The notes: a model not told the origin generated them from the sequence alone. Counted from the stretch's first letter, positions 48,084 to 58,136 are shown. The stretch: 64,000 nucleotides of DNA from an uncultured virus (IMG/VR IMGVR_UViG_3300002835_009787) (IMGVR_UViG_3300002835_009787), one strand, 5' to 3'. Made by a program: numbers and translations.

Positions 48084-49763
48084 TTAATTCCATTTTTTAG
48101 AAGCTATCTTGTTTTCAAGCCATTTAGGCTTGGGATTAGCTTCATAGTATTTAGATATAATCTGACTAGCAGTTCCTTTAGTCATATCAGCAGTGATTGG
48201 GATACCCATGCGCTTAAGCATCTTGTGCTGTTTATCTGTTGGAGAATCAGATCTCCAAGCAGCAGTATTATCTAAAAGGTTTAGGTTATAAGATCTGTTA
48301 CTTGTAATCCACCTGTCGGTACGAACAAATGCTTCACGCATATCTTCTGGATGACCAAGCACAGTATCTTTAGAACCGTCTTTTATTTTTTGTTTTAGAG
48401 TGGTAGTCCATCTGCCTAAAGCATCAACATGAATTCTAATAGATTCATCTTGATTGATACCTAAATGAAAATCATTTTCGGCTACTTCGGCCCAAACAAA
48501 ACGAGAATAGGTTTGAACTATTTCGTTAGGTGGTGGTGGCATAAAGAGATCGATACGTTTGTAAGCTAGTTCTATATCATCTAAAGATAAAACACGAACA
48601 GCTTCACCAGGACAGTAGTCTTCAAGCTCTTTATATTTTTCTGCTACATCAACTAGGTCTTGACCCTTCAGGTCGAATTCAGGTGGCATTCCCAACAAAG
48701 TTGGTAATCCCAAAGGCTTCTTGCCTTTAGTGGTGTCAGCAATATCTATGATAATGCAGTTGTCTTTACCTTCGTAAAGTCTAGTACCACGACCTACTAT
48801 TTGTGTATACAGTAGGGAAGAACGTGTTGGTCGGGCAAGTATAATCGCACCGATAGAAGGCTCATCGAACCCTTCTGTTAGTACGCCAACGTTAACTATT
48901 ACCTTGATAGTACCAGATGCAAAGTCAGCAAGTGCTTGTTTTCGTTCATCATCTGGAGTGTCTCCAAGTATTACTCGTACAGGTATCTGCTTTTGCGCAA
49001 AGGATGCGGCCAAGTCTCTGGCGTGCTTAACACCGGATGCGAATACGACTGCTTTTTTGTTTTGCGCAAACTCAAAATAAGATTTAACAACAATAGCGTT
49101 ACGAGTAGGAGTATTGATAGTATCTTCCAACTGGGATGCCATGTAGTCGCCATGCGAAGTCTCCACTTCTGAAATGTCAGTGTCGGTCTTTATTCTATAG
49201 CCAACAAGTCTACATAAGTATCCTTCTTGGATCAAGTCTTGAATAGTTTTATAGTAGGTGATTTCATCAAATACATCAGTTAATCTAACAGAGTCAGATC
49301 TCTGAGGAGTTGCTGTAACACCCAATAGAAATTTAGGAGTAAAGTAATCAAGTATTCTACGGTATGTTTCAGCAGCAGCGTGGTGTGCTTCATCAATGAT
49401 AATAGTTTTAAAATAGTCTTTAGGATATTTTAATATTCTTTGAGAATCAGCTCTACCCAAAGTGGGTACAGATGCTACGACAACGTCACATAGATCAGCT
49501 GTGTCTTCAGCTTTTTCAATTTGAACATCCAGTTGAGGATTAGACCAAAGAATTTTATCTTTAGCTTGGGTTAATAACTCACCACGGTGAGCTAAAACCA
49601 GCATAGGTAAACTGTCTTTTATGGTCTGAGGAATATTACTAAAAATTACAGTCTTGCCGGCTCCAGTTGGGAGCACGACAAGTTGTTTAACTATGCCTTT
49701 GTCTAGATGATTTTGAATAGATTCAAGTGCTTCTATCTGATAAGGTCTTAAAGTTAAAGTCAT
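48084..49763 (-). CDS. SF2 DEAH helicase (ResIII/IRC3-like)
   Basis: LRPYQ, PTGAGKT, DEAHH, TATP, LTEGFDEP, QIVGRGTR. Confidence 0.92.
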   Translation of the reverse strand: MTLTLRPYQIEALESIQNHLDKGIVKQLVVLPTGAGKTVIFSNIPQTIKDSLPMLVLAHRGELLTQAKDKILWSNPQLDVQIEKAEDTADLCDVVVASVPTLGRADSQRILKYPKDYFKTIIIDEAHHAAAETYRRILDYFTPKFLLGVTATPQRSDSVRLTDVFDEITYYKTIQDLIQEGYLCRLVGYRIKTDTDISEVETSHGDYMASQLEDTINTPTRNAIVVKSYFEFAQNKKAVVFASGVKHARDLAASFAQKQIPVRVILGDTPDDERKQALADFASGTIKVIVNVGVLTEGFDEPSIGAIILARPTRSSLLYTQIVGRGTRLYEGKDNCIIIDIADTTKGKKPLGLPTLLGMPPEFDLKGQDLVDVAEKYKELEDYCPGEAVRVLSLDDIELAYKRIDLFMPPPPNEIVQTYSRFVWAEVAENDFHLGINQDESIRIHVDALGRWTTTLKQKIKDGSKDTVLGHPEDMREAFVRTDRWITSNRSYNLNLLDNTAAWRSDSPTDKQHKMLKRMGIPITADMTKGTASQIISKYYEANPKPKWLENKIASKKWN

Positions 49764-49934
49764 TTTAGTAGGACTCCGTCCAATGAAATGTTTTGTGGGT
49801 TGCCATTAGCTTGTCTATTTCATCATCTTCGTCTTCATTAATTATAGTAGAAATTAACACAGACTTGTCTGAAATAGAACAGATTTTTTTGTTGTTTTGT
49901 TTTGCGTTATTTTTATATTCTTTATGTTTCATAA

Positions 49935-50537
49935 TTAGTTTTTAAAACTATAGTCTATATAAAAAGTTTTTAAATCTTTAAAAGATCTAAAGTTATAACC
50001 TTTCAATGAATAGTAGGAAAGTAATTCAGATTGAGTGAATGGTTCTCTGTCAAGATGAGTGTGAACAAATAGTAGTTCAACTATTCTATTCGGTGAATCT
50101 TTAGATTTTAGATCTATTACTTCATGCTCATCTTCAGATTCAATCCATTCAATTGAGTTAGACTCAGTTTGGTGGTAATAAAGTTTGATGCTTGCAGCTG
50201 CATCGTCTGACGCAAAGTAGATAACTAAAGCGCCAGAAGAATGATCATTTATTTTAGAATTAGAATCTAATACTAAAAGACATGAACCAGCATTAAAGCC
50301 AGAATAAGCGTAAAGCATTTCTGAAATTGAAATATAGAAATCTTTTTCGGTGTCATATTGTTTAGATGATATACCAAATTTCTTACTTCCAAAGAAATCA
50401 AACAACATAAGTTTAGGCCTAAACTTTGTATCGGGAACAAGTGATACGTGTTCTTCGAATGATTTCTTTATGTTGGTTATTTCTTGTTGTGGTTCTTTAC
50501 AGAACATTTCTAAGTTAGAATATTTAATATCAGACAT
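49935..50537 (-). CDS. hypothetical protein
   Basis: long ORF. Confidence 0.6.
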   Translation of the reverse strand: MSDIKYSNLEMFCKEPQQEITNIKKSFEEHVSLVPDTKFRPKLMLFDFFGSKKFGISSKQYDTEKDFYISISEMLYAYSGFNAGSCLLVLDSNSKINDHSSGALVIYFASDDAAASIKLYYHQTESNSIEWIESEDEHEVIDLKSKDSPNRIVELLFVHTHLDREPFTQSELLSYYSLKGYNFRSFKDLKTFYIDYSFKN

Positions 50538-50548
50538 ATAAATCCAAT

Positions 50549-50779
50549 CTATTTAGATAGCATTATTGAAAACAATGCGTAACTACCGTAAGCGTAAATA
50601 GCTAAAAAGAGCAATGCTAGTAAAGGGGAACCAATTACAAGCAATGCGTAGACTGTTGTAGCAAATGCTAAAGTACTTGCGGCCCATTCTGCTGTTAGCC
50701 ACGCTGCGCGTGTTTCTCTTCGTTTCATAAAACGACAGAATTTACCTGTGTACTTGCCAAGTTTAGATGATATTTTCAT
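50549..50779 (-). CDS. small membrane protein
   Basis: two TM helices; AGGAG RBS. Confidence 0.6.
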   Translation of the reverse strand: MKISSKLGKYTGKFCRFMKRRETRAAWLTAEWAASTLAFATTVYALLVIGSPLLALLFLAIYAYGSYALFSIMLSK

Positions 50780-50788
50780 GTTGTCTCC

Positions 50789-53422
50789 TTAATACTTTGA
50801 AGTAGTTCGTACTTCCGAAGAAAGTAACGAAGCAGAATTTGTAACAAATTGAACTTTAGAATAAACAGACTGAGCTTGTTGAAATTCAATTGGATCATTG
50901 AATAAAGTTGAGTTGCCTTCAGGATCGGTAAACTTCCATTCGGTAACTAATGTTTCGAGAATCTTAACATCACCATCTTCCTGCATCAGGAAGTTGACAG
51001 ATTTGCCCAAACCATAATACTGCAAAGCAGATTCTAGATATGGATAAACAAATCTGTTCATCATATAATGGTCTGTAATTTTGCCGCCTTTAGTTGGCAC
51101 ATTAAGACAGACAGAATATAGTGCAAGTACGAAGTCATGACGATCAGATTCAAGTTCAAATGAATTAATGATGTCAACTTGTTTGGAATATAAATATTCC
51201 CAAGAGTTGCGTACAATAGATCCATTTTCAGCTGTTGCTTCAGATGTGTTGATTGACCATATGCCTGAGCGGAATTGGTTGACAATTGGTAGTGCATGAT
51301 AGAACATTTGCAATTGGCTATTGCCCAATTCTGCTATGCGTGGATCGGATGGACGGGCATTATTTTGCGCCCATTCACGAACGCGAGCAGTGTGTTCTGC
51401 AAATTTATCATAGCATAATTTAGACATCATGGTTAGCTTGCCGTTTTCATCTATCAGAAGATCATCATCTTCTTCAAGTAAACGGGCTGAACCACGAGTA
51501 CTCCAAACGAATTGATCGATTGGGGTTTTGCTTTCGATAACTTGACGAACAATAGCTTTAGCTTCGTTGTCAATTGCTATAACATCTTCTATAGAATCTG
51601 GGTTAATGCATTTGTCGAGAGCAGTCTCTAAAGTGCACAATTGGATTGGACGGTGACGGTGAATCACCGAAGAATAAAGCATGCAAGCATTTACATATCC
51701 ACCGATTTGACCGCCAGCCATTGCGATATTCATATCTCGAATGACGTCGTCAGGTGTATAGGGTGCTTGTTCAGGCTTAGTTTTAGGTAGTGATTTAGAT
51801 GGCAAACCTGAATAAGTAATGTCGCCATCAAAGATAGCTTTACTTAAACGCTTTGGCCAGTCACGTCCGCTTATTTCTGGAAATTCTGTTGGAATCCCAG
51901 CAGCGTTGTGCCATACTGGAGACCAATCACCTTCGGTGTATTCAAAGATTGAATACTCACCAAGGTCATTGGGTGAACGGCAGATGATAACTACCTTCTT
52001 GCCGTCGTATTCGCCACCACGCATGGTGCGATAGAACAGCTTGAAGTAGTCGTCCTCGTCGTGACCGCCATGGCTCTCATACATTTCTAGCCAGTCAAGG
52101 TCACTAACTACGTGTACACCAAGTTCTTCGATACGTCGTATCTTGCCTTGGTCTACATCGAGGTCATAGCCAGCCATACGAGAAAGTGACTCAGGAATAA
52201 CCTGTTCACTTATTGCGCATGGAACTGGTATACGAGGCTTAGATGAATCGGCAAATGGTCGGGCATGACTGATCGCCAAGGTTTCAAACAACCATGGTGA
52301 ATCAGTGATCTTCATGCCAAGCTTACGCCAACGATAGCCCACATAGTTCATGCGGGCATATGCCTCTTCGTCTTCTGCTTCGTGGATTTTGCGGAACTGA
52401 CGCTTGTAAACTGCACGCCAGTTAGTGAGTAGCTTGTCGGATACAGCAAGATCAAAGATCTTTTTGTATTCTTCGTCAAGCCAATACTCTAGATCAGCGT
52501 TAGGGAATAGTTTAGGAAGATTAATAACAGTTTGGGTGTCAGTAAGAACAGAATCATACGATCCCACTGGCTCAGCTAGAAACTGAAAGCCATTGTGATA
52601 CTTGATTTCGTTCTTTATATTTGTGCGTGTAGTGATAATATCTACACCTTCTGGCATGTTGTCAGATACGATGGCATTGCCCTTGAGGAAACCCTCTTCG
52701 AATACAATACGAGTATTGAATATAGAGCATTCCATCATATCTTTAATAAAGTTCTTACGAACACGCCAGTCGTAATAATATTCTTTAGTATCTAAAGTTT
52801 TGTGTGGTTCGTATACTGGTAAGTTCTCAGCTGCACGCTGAATAAACTTACGAGAGATTACGAAACCGCCATCAAGCAAACGCTCGATGACTTTAGGATC
52901 TGTAACGTCGATATTAGGATATTCTTTTGCAGCCCATTGCTGAAAGAATGGATCTTCAAATGACCAGGATGAATACTTATCTGGCTCTACGATCTGAACA
53001 TTGATTTCGTCTTTGGTAAAGTGAGCATTTAGTAGTGCTGCACGGTGAAAGGTTTTGAGTCGCTTAGCTGTCTTATCGCCGCTAAGGATCTCATAACCAA
53101 GTTTTTTGTATACATCAAGCCAACCATCGTTGCCATTGATGTGTACTAGTACAATCTTGTTTTTATCTACTATGGAATAGCAGATGTTGGGGTTACGAAT
53201 GTATGCTTCTGCAATCTTTGCTTCAATCTTATTGGAAGGAATTGGCATTGTAGCCATTCTAAAGATTGGATTTTCAAGACCTTCTACTTCGTGAAGATAT
53301 TGAAGAGCTTGCCGACCGAAGCCGACATCATAGAATCCAAATTGATAATCGTTAATGCTTCGCAATGGTCCGTTGTGCATTGTTTGTAAACGGACGGCAG
53401 GCTGATATATTGGCATGTTCAT
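50789..53422 (-). CDS. putative single-chain two-barrel (QDE-1/YonO-like) RNA polymerase
   Basis: R...GFLKG, RIPVP, HGGHDEDD, VIICRSPN..GE, IG.YVN, ALD; 877 aa. Confidence 0.55.
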   Translation of the reverse strand: MNMPIYQPAVRLQTMHNGPLRSINDYQFGFYDVGFGRQALQYLHEVEGLENPIFRMATMPIPSNKIEAKIAEAYIRNPNICYSIVDKNKIVLVHINGNDGWLDVYKKLGYEILSGDKTAKRLKTFHRAALLNAHFTKDEINVQIVEPDKYSSWSFEDPFFQQWAAKEYPNIDVTDPKVIERLLDGGFVISRKFIQRAAENLPVYEPHKTLDTKEYYYDWRVRKNFIKDMMECSIFNTRIVFEEGFLKGNAIVSDNMPEGVDIITTRTNIKNEIKYHNGFQFLAEPVGSYDSVLTDTQTVINLPKLFPNADLEYWLDEEYKKIFDLAVSDKLLTNWRAVYKRQFRKIHEAEDEEAYARMNYVGYRWRKLGMKITDSPWLFETLAISHARPFADSSKPRIPVPCAISEQVIPESLSRMAGYDLDVDQGKIRRIEELGVHVVSDLDWLEMYESHGGHDEDDYFKLFYRTMRGGEYDGKKVVIICRSPNDLGEYSIFEYTEGDWSPVWHNAAGIPTEFPEISGRDWPKRLSKAIFDGDITYSGLPSKSLPKTKPEQAPYTPDDVIRDMNIAMAGGQIGGYVNACMLYSSVIHRHRPIQLCTLETALDKCINPDSIEDVIAIDNEAKAIVRQVIESKTPIDQFVWSTRGSARLLEEDDDLLIDENGKLTMMSKLCYDKFAEHTARVREWAQNNARPSDPRIAELGNSQLQMFYHALPIVNQFRSGIWSINTSEATAENGSIVRNSWEYLYSKQVDIINSFELESDRHDFVLALYSVCLNVPTKGGKITDHYMMNRFVYPYLESALQYYGLGKSVNFLMQEDGDVKILETLVTEWKFTDPEGNSTLFNDPIEFQQAQSVYSKVQFVTNSASLLSSEVRTTSKY

Positions 53423-53489
53423 GTACCTTTCAGTTTAAGTTTTTGCTATACTTTTGAATTAGCAAAAAAAGATGTTTTTTGGGTTAACT

Positions 53490-53515
53490 AAAAAGGGGGG
53501 CCTTTCGGCCCCCCG
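53490..53515 (-). terminator. intrinsic terminator
   Basis: GGGGGGCC-GAAA-GGCCCCCC stem followed by TTTTT on the - strand. Confidence 0.8.
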
Positions 53516-53548
53516 TCTTATTCCTATAAACCTAAATGATTATTATCA

Positions 53549-54145
53549 TCAAGGCATTTTAGGCATTGTTTTGCATCTGCTTGCGTACTCTGGGCCCCAC
53601 TGACATGGGTCCCAAGGTCCCCAACCAGCTTCTTCATAAAGAAGAAGTCCCACTTTAAGATTGTTGACAGGATCTAATATAGCTTCCTGTGTACATATCC
53701 TAAGTCGAGCACAAGCAATTTGTGTTCCTGGTCTTTTAGGATCCCAGTTAACACCGTTGATCTGTAATAATCCTGAGTCGGATTTATTGGTAGCACCTGT
53801 GTGTCCAATAATATTACAGTTCTTATCAACTATGGATCCACCAATGCGGTTAGGACAACCGCCTGATTCGCGAAGAACAATGTGCTCTAAGCGAGGTATT
53901 GTTTTCTTGGGCCAGCCTACTTTAATAGCTAGGTCTGCCAACCATGATACATCACCATGTTTAAAGGCAATTGGTTCTTGTGCTGTTTTACTTTCAATTA
54001 TGTCGGGAATGTGTCTAAGTACCCAAGGGGTACTGGGAGGTTCCATGTCAGGAACTTTTTGCGCAAGTAGCGCATTGGCTCCAGTTGTTAAAGCTAAAAA
54101 TATAGCTATAACACCTATAATTGATTTGTTATATTTATTCTGCAT
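53549..54145 (-). CDS. secreted lysozyme-like lytic transglycosylase (SLT/Rpf-like)
   Basis: signal peptide; RESGG catalytic Glu, DSGLLQIN, DP.NN, GWGPW. Confidence 0.85.
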   Translation of the reverse strand: MQNKYNKSIIGVIAIFLALTTGANALLAQKVPDMEPPSTPWVLRHIPDIIESKTAQEPIAFKHGDVSWLADLAIKVGWPKKTIPRLEHIVLRESGGCPNRIGGSIVDKNCNIIGHTGATNKSDSGLLQINGVNWDPKRPGTQIACARLRICTQEAILDPVNNLKVGLLLYEEAGWGPWDPCQWGPEYASRCKTMPKMP

Positions 54146-54243
54146 ATTCCGTGTTCGCTCCTTTTCGTCTTTGTCTGATTTCCGAAATGGAAACCATTAG
54201 TACGGCGCAGGTTGCGAAACCGAAGATGTGCGGACATATACGA

Positions 54244-54339
54244 AATGCCCGTCACAGTGGCAAGGTTAGCCATCTCCGACTTCACAGTATTTCTCTGTTA
54301 CGTTAGGGATTATTCCCCTGCCCGCTGGTTACGGGCATT
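54244..54339 (-). promoter_or_regulatory. structured 5' leader, candidate riboswitch-like element
   Basis: AAUGCCCGU/ACGGGCAUU closing stem plus 3 hairpins, starting at the predicted TSS. Confidence 0.5.
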
Positions 54340-54345
54340 GGTATT

Positions 54346-54374
54346 ATTCTATCACATATATGGTGGTGTAACAA
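54346..54374 (-). promoter_or_regulatory. sigma70-type promoter
   Basis: TTGTTA-17nt-TAGAAT with TG extension. Confidence 0.6.
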
Positions 54375-54511
54375 GTATCTATTCAATACATATCCTTGTT
54401 TAGGGGATGGGTAAGTGTTAACTTACCTGCGCTATCGTTTATTAACGATAGATGAATAGTACCTGTATAAAGAATAAAAGTTAAGTTTCATTCTTTATTT
54501 GTATATATGTT

Positions 54512-54715
54512 TTAGTATGTAGCCTGTATGTTTACTTCGATCTTGTAGACGCCATAGCTCATTGAGCTAAAGGTGTCTGGATTGTTTTTGATGAATGCAA
54601 GAAGAGTAGGAAGACTTACTCCGATTTCTTTGCACATTTCTTTTGTGGAAAATGTCTTTCCATTATTCATTGAAATGAATTCCTGAATAAGAGGTGTTTT
54701 TGAAGGCTTAGCCAT
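54512..54715 (-). CDS. small HTH protein
   Basis: FSTKEMCKEIGVSLPTL. Confidence 0.6.
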   Translation of the reverse strand: MAKPSKTPLIQEFISMNNGKTFSTKEMCKEIGVSLPTLLAFIKNNPDTFSSMSYGVYKIEVNIQATY

Positions 54716-54905
54716 GATAATATGTCCTTAATGTGAGTTAATTTGAGTTATGAAAGGTATATATAGGTATATAAATAATATCTTATTTTTACTAGAAATA
54801 TAGTATAACACTTAATTTATTAGAATGCAACATTACAAGAAATATATATATAATGTATGCGTGAACACCTAAGGTGTATAAATTAAGGTGTCCAACATTT
54901 TTGAG

Positions 54906-55367
54906 TTAATATTTTGATTTGTGTGTAACGTAACTTGCATAAGTTGGATTGGTACAATAAACAACTTCTGTGTTATCGTTGATATATCTTTCGACAAGAA
55001 TATCTTTTTTGCCATCAAAATAAACACAAGTTTTAATAAGAGCGCAATAATAAAATTTATCATTGCTGTTATCAACTATCCAAGTGATACGTTTATCGTC
55101 TCCTTGAGAGCGAGCTCTTTTAATTTCGAATGAACCGTAAGATGACTTGTTTAAATTTTGTGTAATCCACAAAAAGTTTTTGCCGTTGTCATTAGATAGA
55201 ACAGTAGATGTAAAGCCATTATGTTCTGGCTTGTATATATCATACTTACTGCCTTTATAGTCTAATTTTAAACCGGCATAGGAGTCTGAGAGAGCATCCC
55301 ATAATGTATTGTGTACATCAAGTAATTGCTCTATATGTGCTGGTATTTCTGTTTGTGTTATGGTCAT
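54906..55367 (-). CDS. hypothetical protein
   Basis: AAGGAA RBS. Confidence 0.6.
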   Translation of the reverse strand: MTITQTEIPAHIEQLLDVHNTLWDALSDSYAGLKLDYKGSKYDIYKPEHNGFTSTVLSNDNGKNFLWITQNLNKSSYGSFEIKRARSQGDDKRITWIVDNSNDKFYYCALIKTCVYFDGKKDILVERYINDNTEVVYCTNPTYASYVTHKSKY

Positions 55368-55385
55368 AATATTCCTTTAAATAAA

Positions 55386-55508
55386 TGCCAGACTGGGGCT
55401 CACGCCTGGGGAAGCGGAGCGGACTTAAACTCTCAGGAAGTTTAAGTTGAAAGGGACCCTGTGCAATCAGACCATGAACAACCTTGATTACATAGCCCAG
55501 TACTGACA
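55386..55508 (-). ncRNA. candidate structured intergenic RNA
   Basis: long closing stem plus two internal hairpins in a GC-rich intergenic gap. Confidence 0.4.
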
Positions 55509-55521
55509 ACTTGTTAACCGT

Positions 55522-56166
55522 TTACACGGTTAGTTCTGTGAATCCTTTAGGGATTATGATTGGTGAATTCTTTGCTGGCGCAGAGGAATTCTGTGTCTTT
55601 GTTTTAGTACGCGTAAGTGTTCTGTTAACTTTAAACTTAGGTTTAGCAAGACGAGTAAGCTGTACTAAAGTATTCTTACTCATTACTTGCGAGCTAACTT
55701 CAACGGTGCTACCAGCTTCGCGTAGACGGCGTATAGCAAATGTGACGGTGCTTGTTGGCGCATTAGAAAGACGCTTAAGCTCTTGCATGCTGTGTATTTC
55801 GCGATCCATTAAAATGGCCGCCACATAAGCTGCTTTGCCTTTAGACTTTGTTCTGCTTGGGGCGTAGAAGAATATTGAGTCCAATACTTCACGCTGTGGA
55901 CGACTGATTTGTGATGATACTGGAAGGTCAGCAATGATTGTTTTATTAGCTGGAGCCTTCTTGTCTTTGACAATCTTGGCTTCAAGCTCTTTTAGTTCGG
56001 CTTCAAGCTTAGGTTTAATTGCCGCATTCTGAGCTTTAATTCTGCTAATACGCTGATCTTCAGTCTCTGCGTTAGGGGTAGACAGCTTGGCTAGGATAGC
56101 AACTGCTTGGTCGGGTGTTGCTTCAATAGTGATGTCATTTGGGAGGTTGATTCGGACGGTACTCAT
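55522..56166 (-). CDS. basic protein with an HTH-like domain
   Basis: S..EL.RL...P.STV..AIRRLR.AG. Confidence 0.55.
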   Translation of the reverse strand: MSTVRINLPNDITIEATPDQAVAILAKLSTPNAETEDQRISRIKAQNAAIKPKLEAELKELEAKIVKDKKAPANKTIIADLPVSSQISRPQREVLDSIFFYAPSRTKSKGKAAYVAAILMDREIHSMQELKRLSNAPTSTVTFAIRRLREAGSTVEVSSQVMSKNTLVQLTRLAKPKFKVNRTLTRTKTKTQNSSAPAKNSPIIIPKGFTELTV

Positions 56167-56528
56167 GATTTAGCCTTTGTGTTTGTTTTGGTGGTTATTG
56201 AGAAATTAATATTCACTGTACTTCTTCTGAGGAGCGCAAAGCGTCCTTGGTCCAGAGTGTACAGTTGGCGTTCATATTCTTTAGGTATAAGGTCACCAAA
56301 TTGTGGTGTCCATATGTTATTGATAAAACTGAAGACTCCCCAGCGTTCTGCGTCTGACGGTATAAAAATACCGTATTTGCCGGCTCGAACGCCGTAGAAT
56401 GCTTCGTTGTATTTGTTATTACAAAGGGTTATTTCCTTTGGTGTACCGACAGAAGTTATAGTTCTGTTGCGGTTCATCTTGTAGAAGATAAAGTAGTGGT
56501 CTTCCCATGTCATAGAGTATTTGGCCAT
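56163..56528 (-). CDS. hypothetical protein
   Basis: ATGA-coupled ORF. Confidence 0.6.
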   Translation of the reverse strand: MAKYSMTWEDHYFIFYKMNRNRTITSVGTPKEITLCNNKYNEAFYGVRAGKYGIFIPSDAERWGVFSFINNIWTPQFGDLIPKEYERQLYTLDQGRFALLRRSTVNINFSITTKTNTKAKS

Positions 56529-56573
56529 TACATGTCCTTTGCTTTGGTTGTCACTTCTTTGATTTTGAGTGGG

Positions 56574-56646
56574 CGCCTTGGGTAGGAATTGAACCTACGA
56601 CCTGCGGATTAGAAGTCCGTTGCTCTATCCCCTGAGCTACCAAGGC
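56574..56646 (-). tRNA. tRNA-Arg(TCT)
   Basis: GCCTTGG/CCAAGGC acceptor, loop CTTCTAA. Confidence 0.95.
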
Positions 56647-56705
56647 CCGTTCGGCGCGAAATTTTTTTGTAATTTTTTGTTATATTGCTTTCGCTGACAG
56701 GATGT

Positions 56706-56957
56706 CTATATAGTTTTAAGTTGTTTAGTTTCCTGTAGGGCTTTGATGTAAGCGTATGTGGTGACGGGTGTGCCGTCTTGGTCAATGTCTTCTTGGGTAA
56801 TTTTGACTATTTTTAGACCTGTTATTCCCAGGTAATCTAAAACGTCAAAGAGGTTAATTACTTGGTCGTCATTGTCTTGGTTGAAGATCTTTACAAATTC
56901 TTGTGTGTTGGTGATAAGCTGGTCAGCTTGTTTGTTTATTTCTTCTTTGGTTGTCAT
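56706..56957 (-). CDS. hypothetical protein
   Basis: AAGGA RBS. Confidence 0.6.
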   Translation of the reverse strand: MTTKEEINKQADQLITNTQEFVKIFNQDNDDQVINLFDVLDYLGITGLKIVKITQEDIDQDGTPVTTYAYIKALQETKQLKTI

Positions 56958-57025
56958 GTTTGTCCTTTGTTATAGCTGTATTGTTATGTACCAGATTAAG
57001 AATAGGGCTGCCGCTATAGCTAATT

Positions 57026-57457
57026 TCATACAGCCCTGCGTGCTTTAATGGAATTGATCTTTTGTATAGCTGCTCTGGTAGCCCATATTGGGAATGTGAT
57101 TATTCTAATGATTCCGTAAATAACCTTTGCTAGGTCTTTGAATGCTTGCATCCATTTGCCGCGAAGGTAATGCGTCATGTTACCACCATGCTTTTGTGCT
57201 TCCTTGGAATCATAATTCCAGTGTAGGATAGCATAGCCTGGGATGGATAGGACGGTGGATATCATGGCTGCACCTAAGGCGATTAGTCCGGCTGCACCGA
57301 ACATTACACCTAGGATGAATGATAACAGTAGGGAGAGGGTCATGTTAACCCATTTGTATTTGTGTGCGTTCTTACGCCAGGCTGGGATCCTCGCCGCGAA
57401 CATCATTTCTACTACGGTAGAAGCTACAGCTAACCATATCATCATCATAAAGAGCAT
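57026..57457 (-). CDS. multi-TM membrane protein
   Basis: several hydrophobic helices. Confidence 0.65.
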   Translation of the reverse strand: MLFMMMIWLAVASTVVEMMFAARIPAWRKNAHKYKWVNMTLSLLLSFILGVMFGAAGLIALGAAMISTVLSIPGYAILHWNYDSKEAQKHGGNMTHYLRGKWMQAFKDLAKVIYGIIRIITFPIWATRAAIQKINSIKARRAV

Positions 57458-57920
57458 ATAAGTATCCTTTCACGATACATTGTTTAGTCTAATACTATTC
57501 TAATACTATCCTATACGGACTAGGCATTGTTGATCTGTCTTATTCCTATATCAGAATTCAGTGGATTTGAGAGAGACAAATCCTATAGGGAGAATTCTTT
57601 ATTGTGTACACAAGTGTACTGTATAAGGAATAGATGTGTGTACACATGTGTATCTATATGTTTATATCGATTTATACTGAGTTATATAAGTTATAATGGG
57701 TGCTGGGGCGAGAGGGTTCCATTTATTGGTTTGTCTAACATTTTTGTTGGGTTGGGTTTAGGTTTTGTGTGTGTGTGGTAGGGGTAGTGTAAGCTTAATC
57801 TTATTATTAATCTTATTTTAATACTTATAGTGTAGGGGGGCGGGAGAGCCCACCCACCCAAGTATAGCTACCACCACCTAGTAGAGATACGAGATGAGCT
57901 CTCCCATGGAAGCAAACACC

Positions 57921-58136
57921 TTAAACGTTGATATCTATGTTATAATATTTTTTAAAGTCACGGCGCATCGGATGCAATGCTGATTCCGTGCCATGTGTCG
58001 TATACAGTGGACCATCTACCCCTGGGGGTGGAGTGATCCGATAGACACCTGATTTCTTTTGTTCAACGTTAAAGCCTAGTCTGGTTAGTTCTGCGAGAAC
58101 TTTCCGAACAGCTTTAGATTGATGCTGCCGAGGCAT
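57921..58136 (-). CDS. HicA-like protein
   Basis: L..LGF.V...KSG.Y.I.PP...YTTHGT. Confidence 0.55.
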   Translation of the reverse strand: MPRQHQSKAVRKVLAELTRLGFNVEQKKSGVYRITPPPGVDGPLYTTHGTESALHPMRRDFKKYYNIDINV

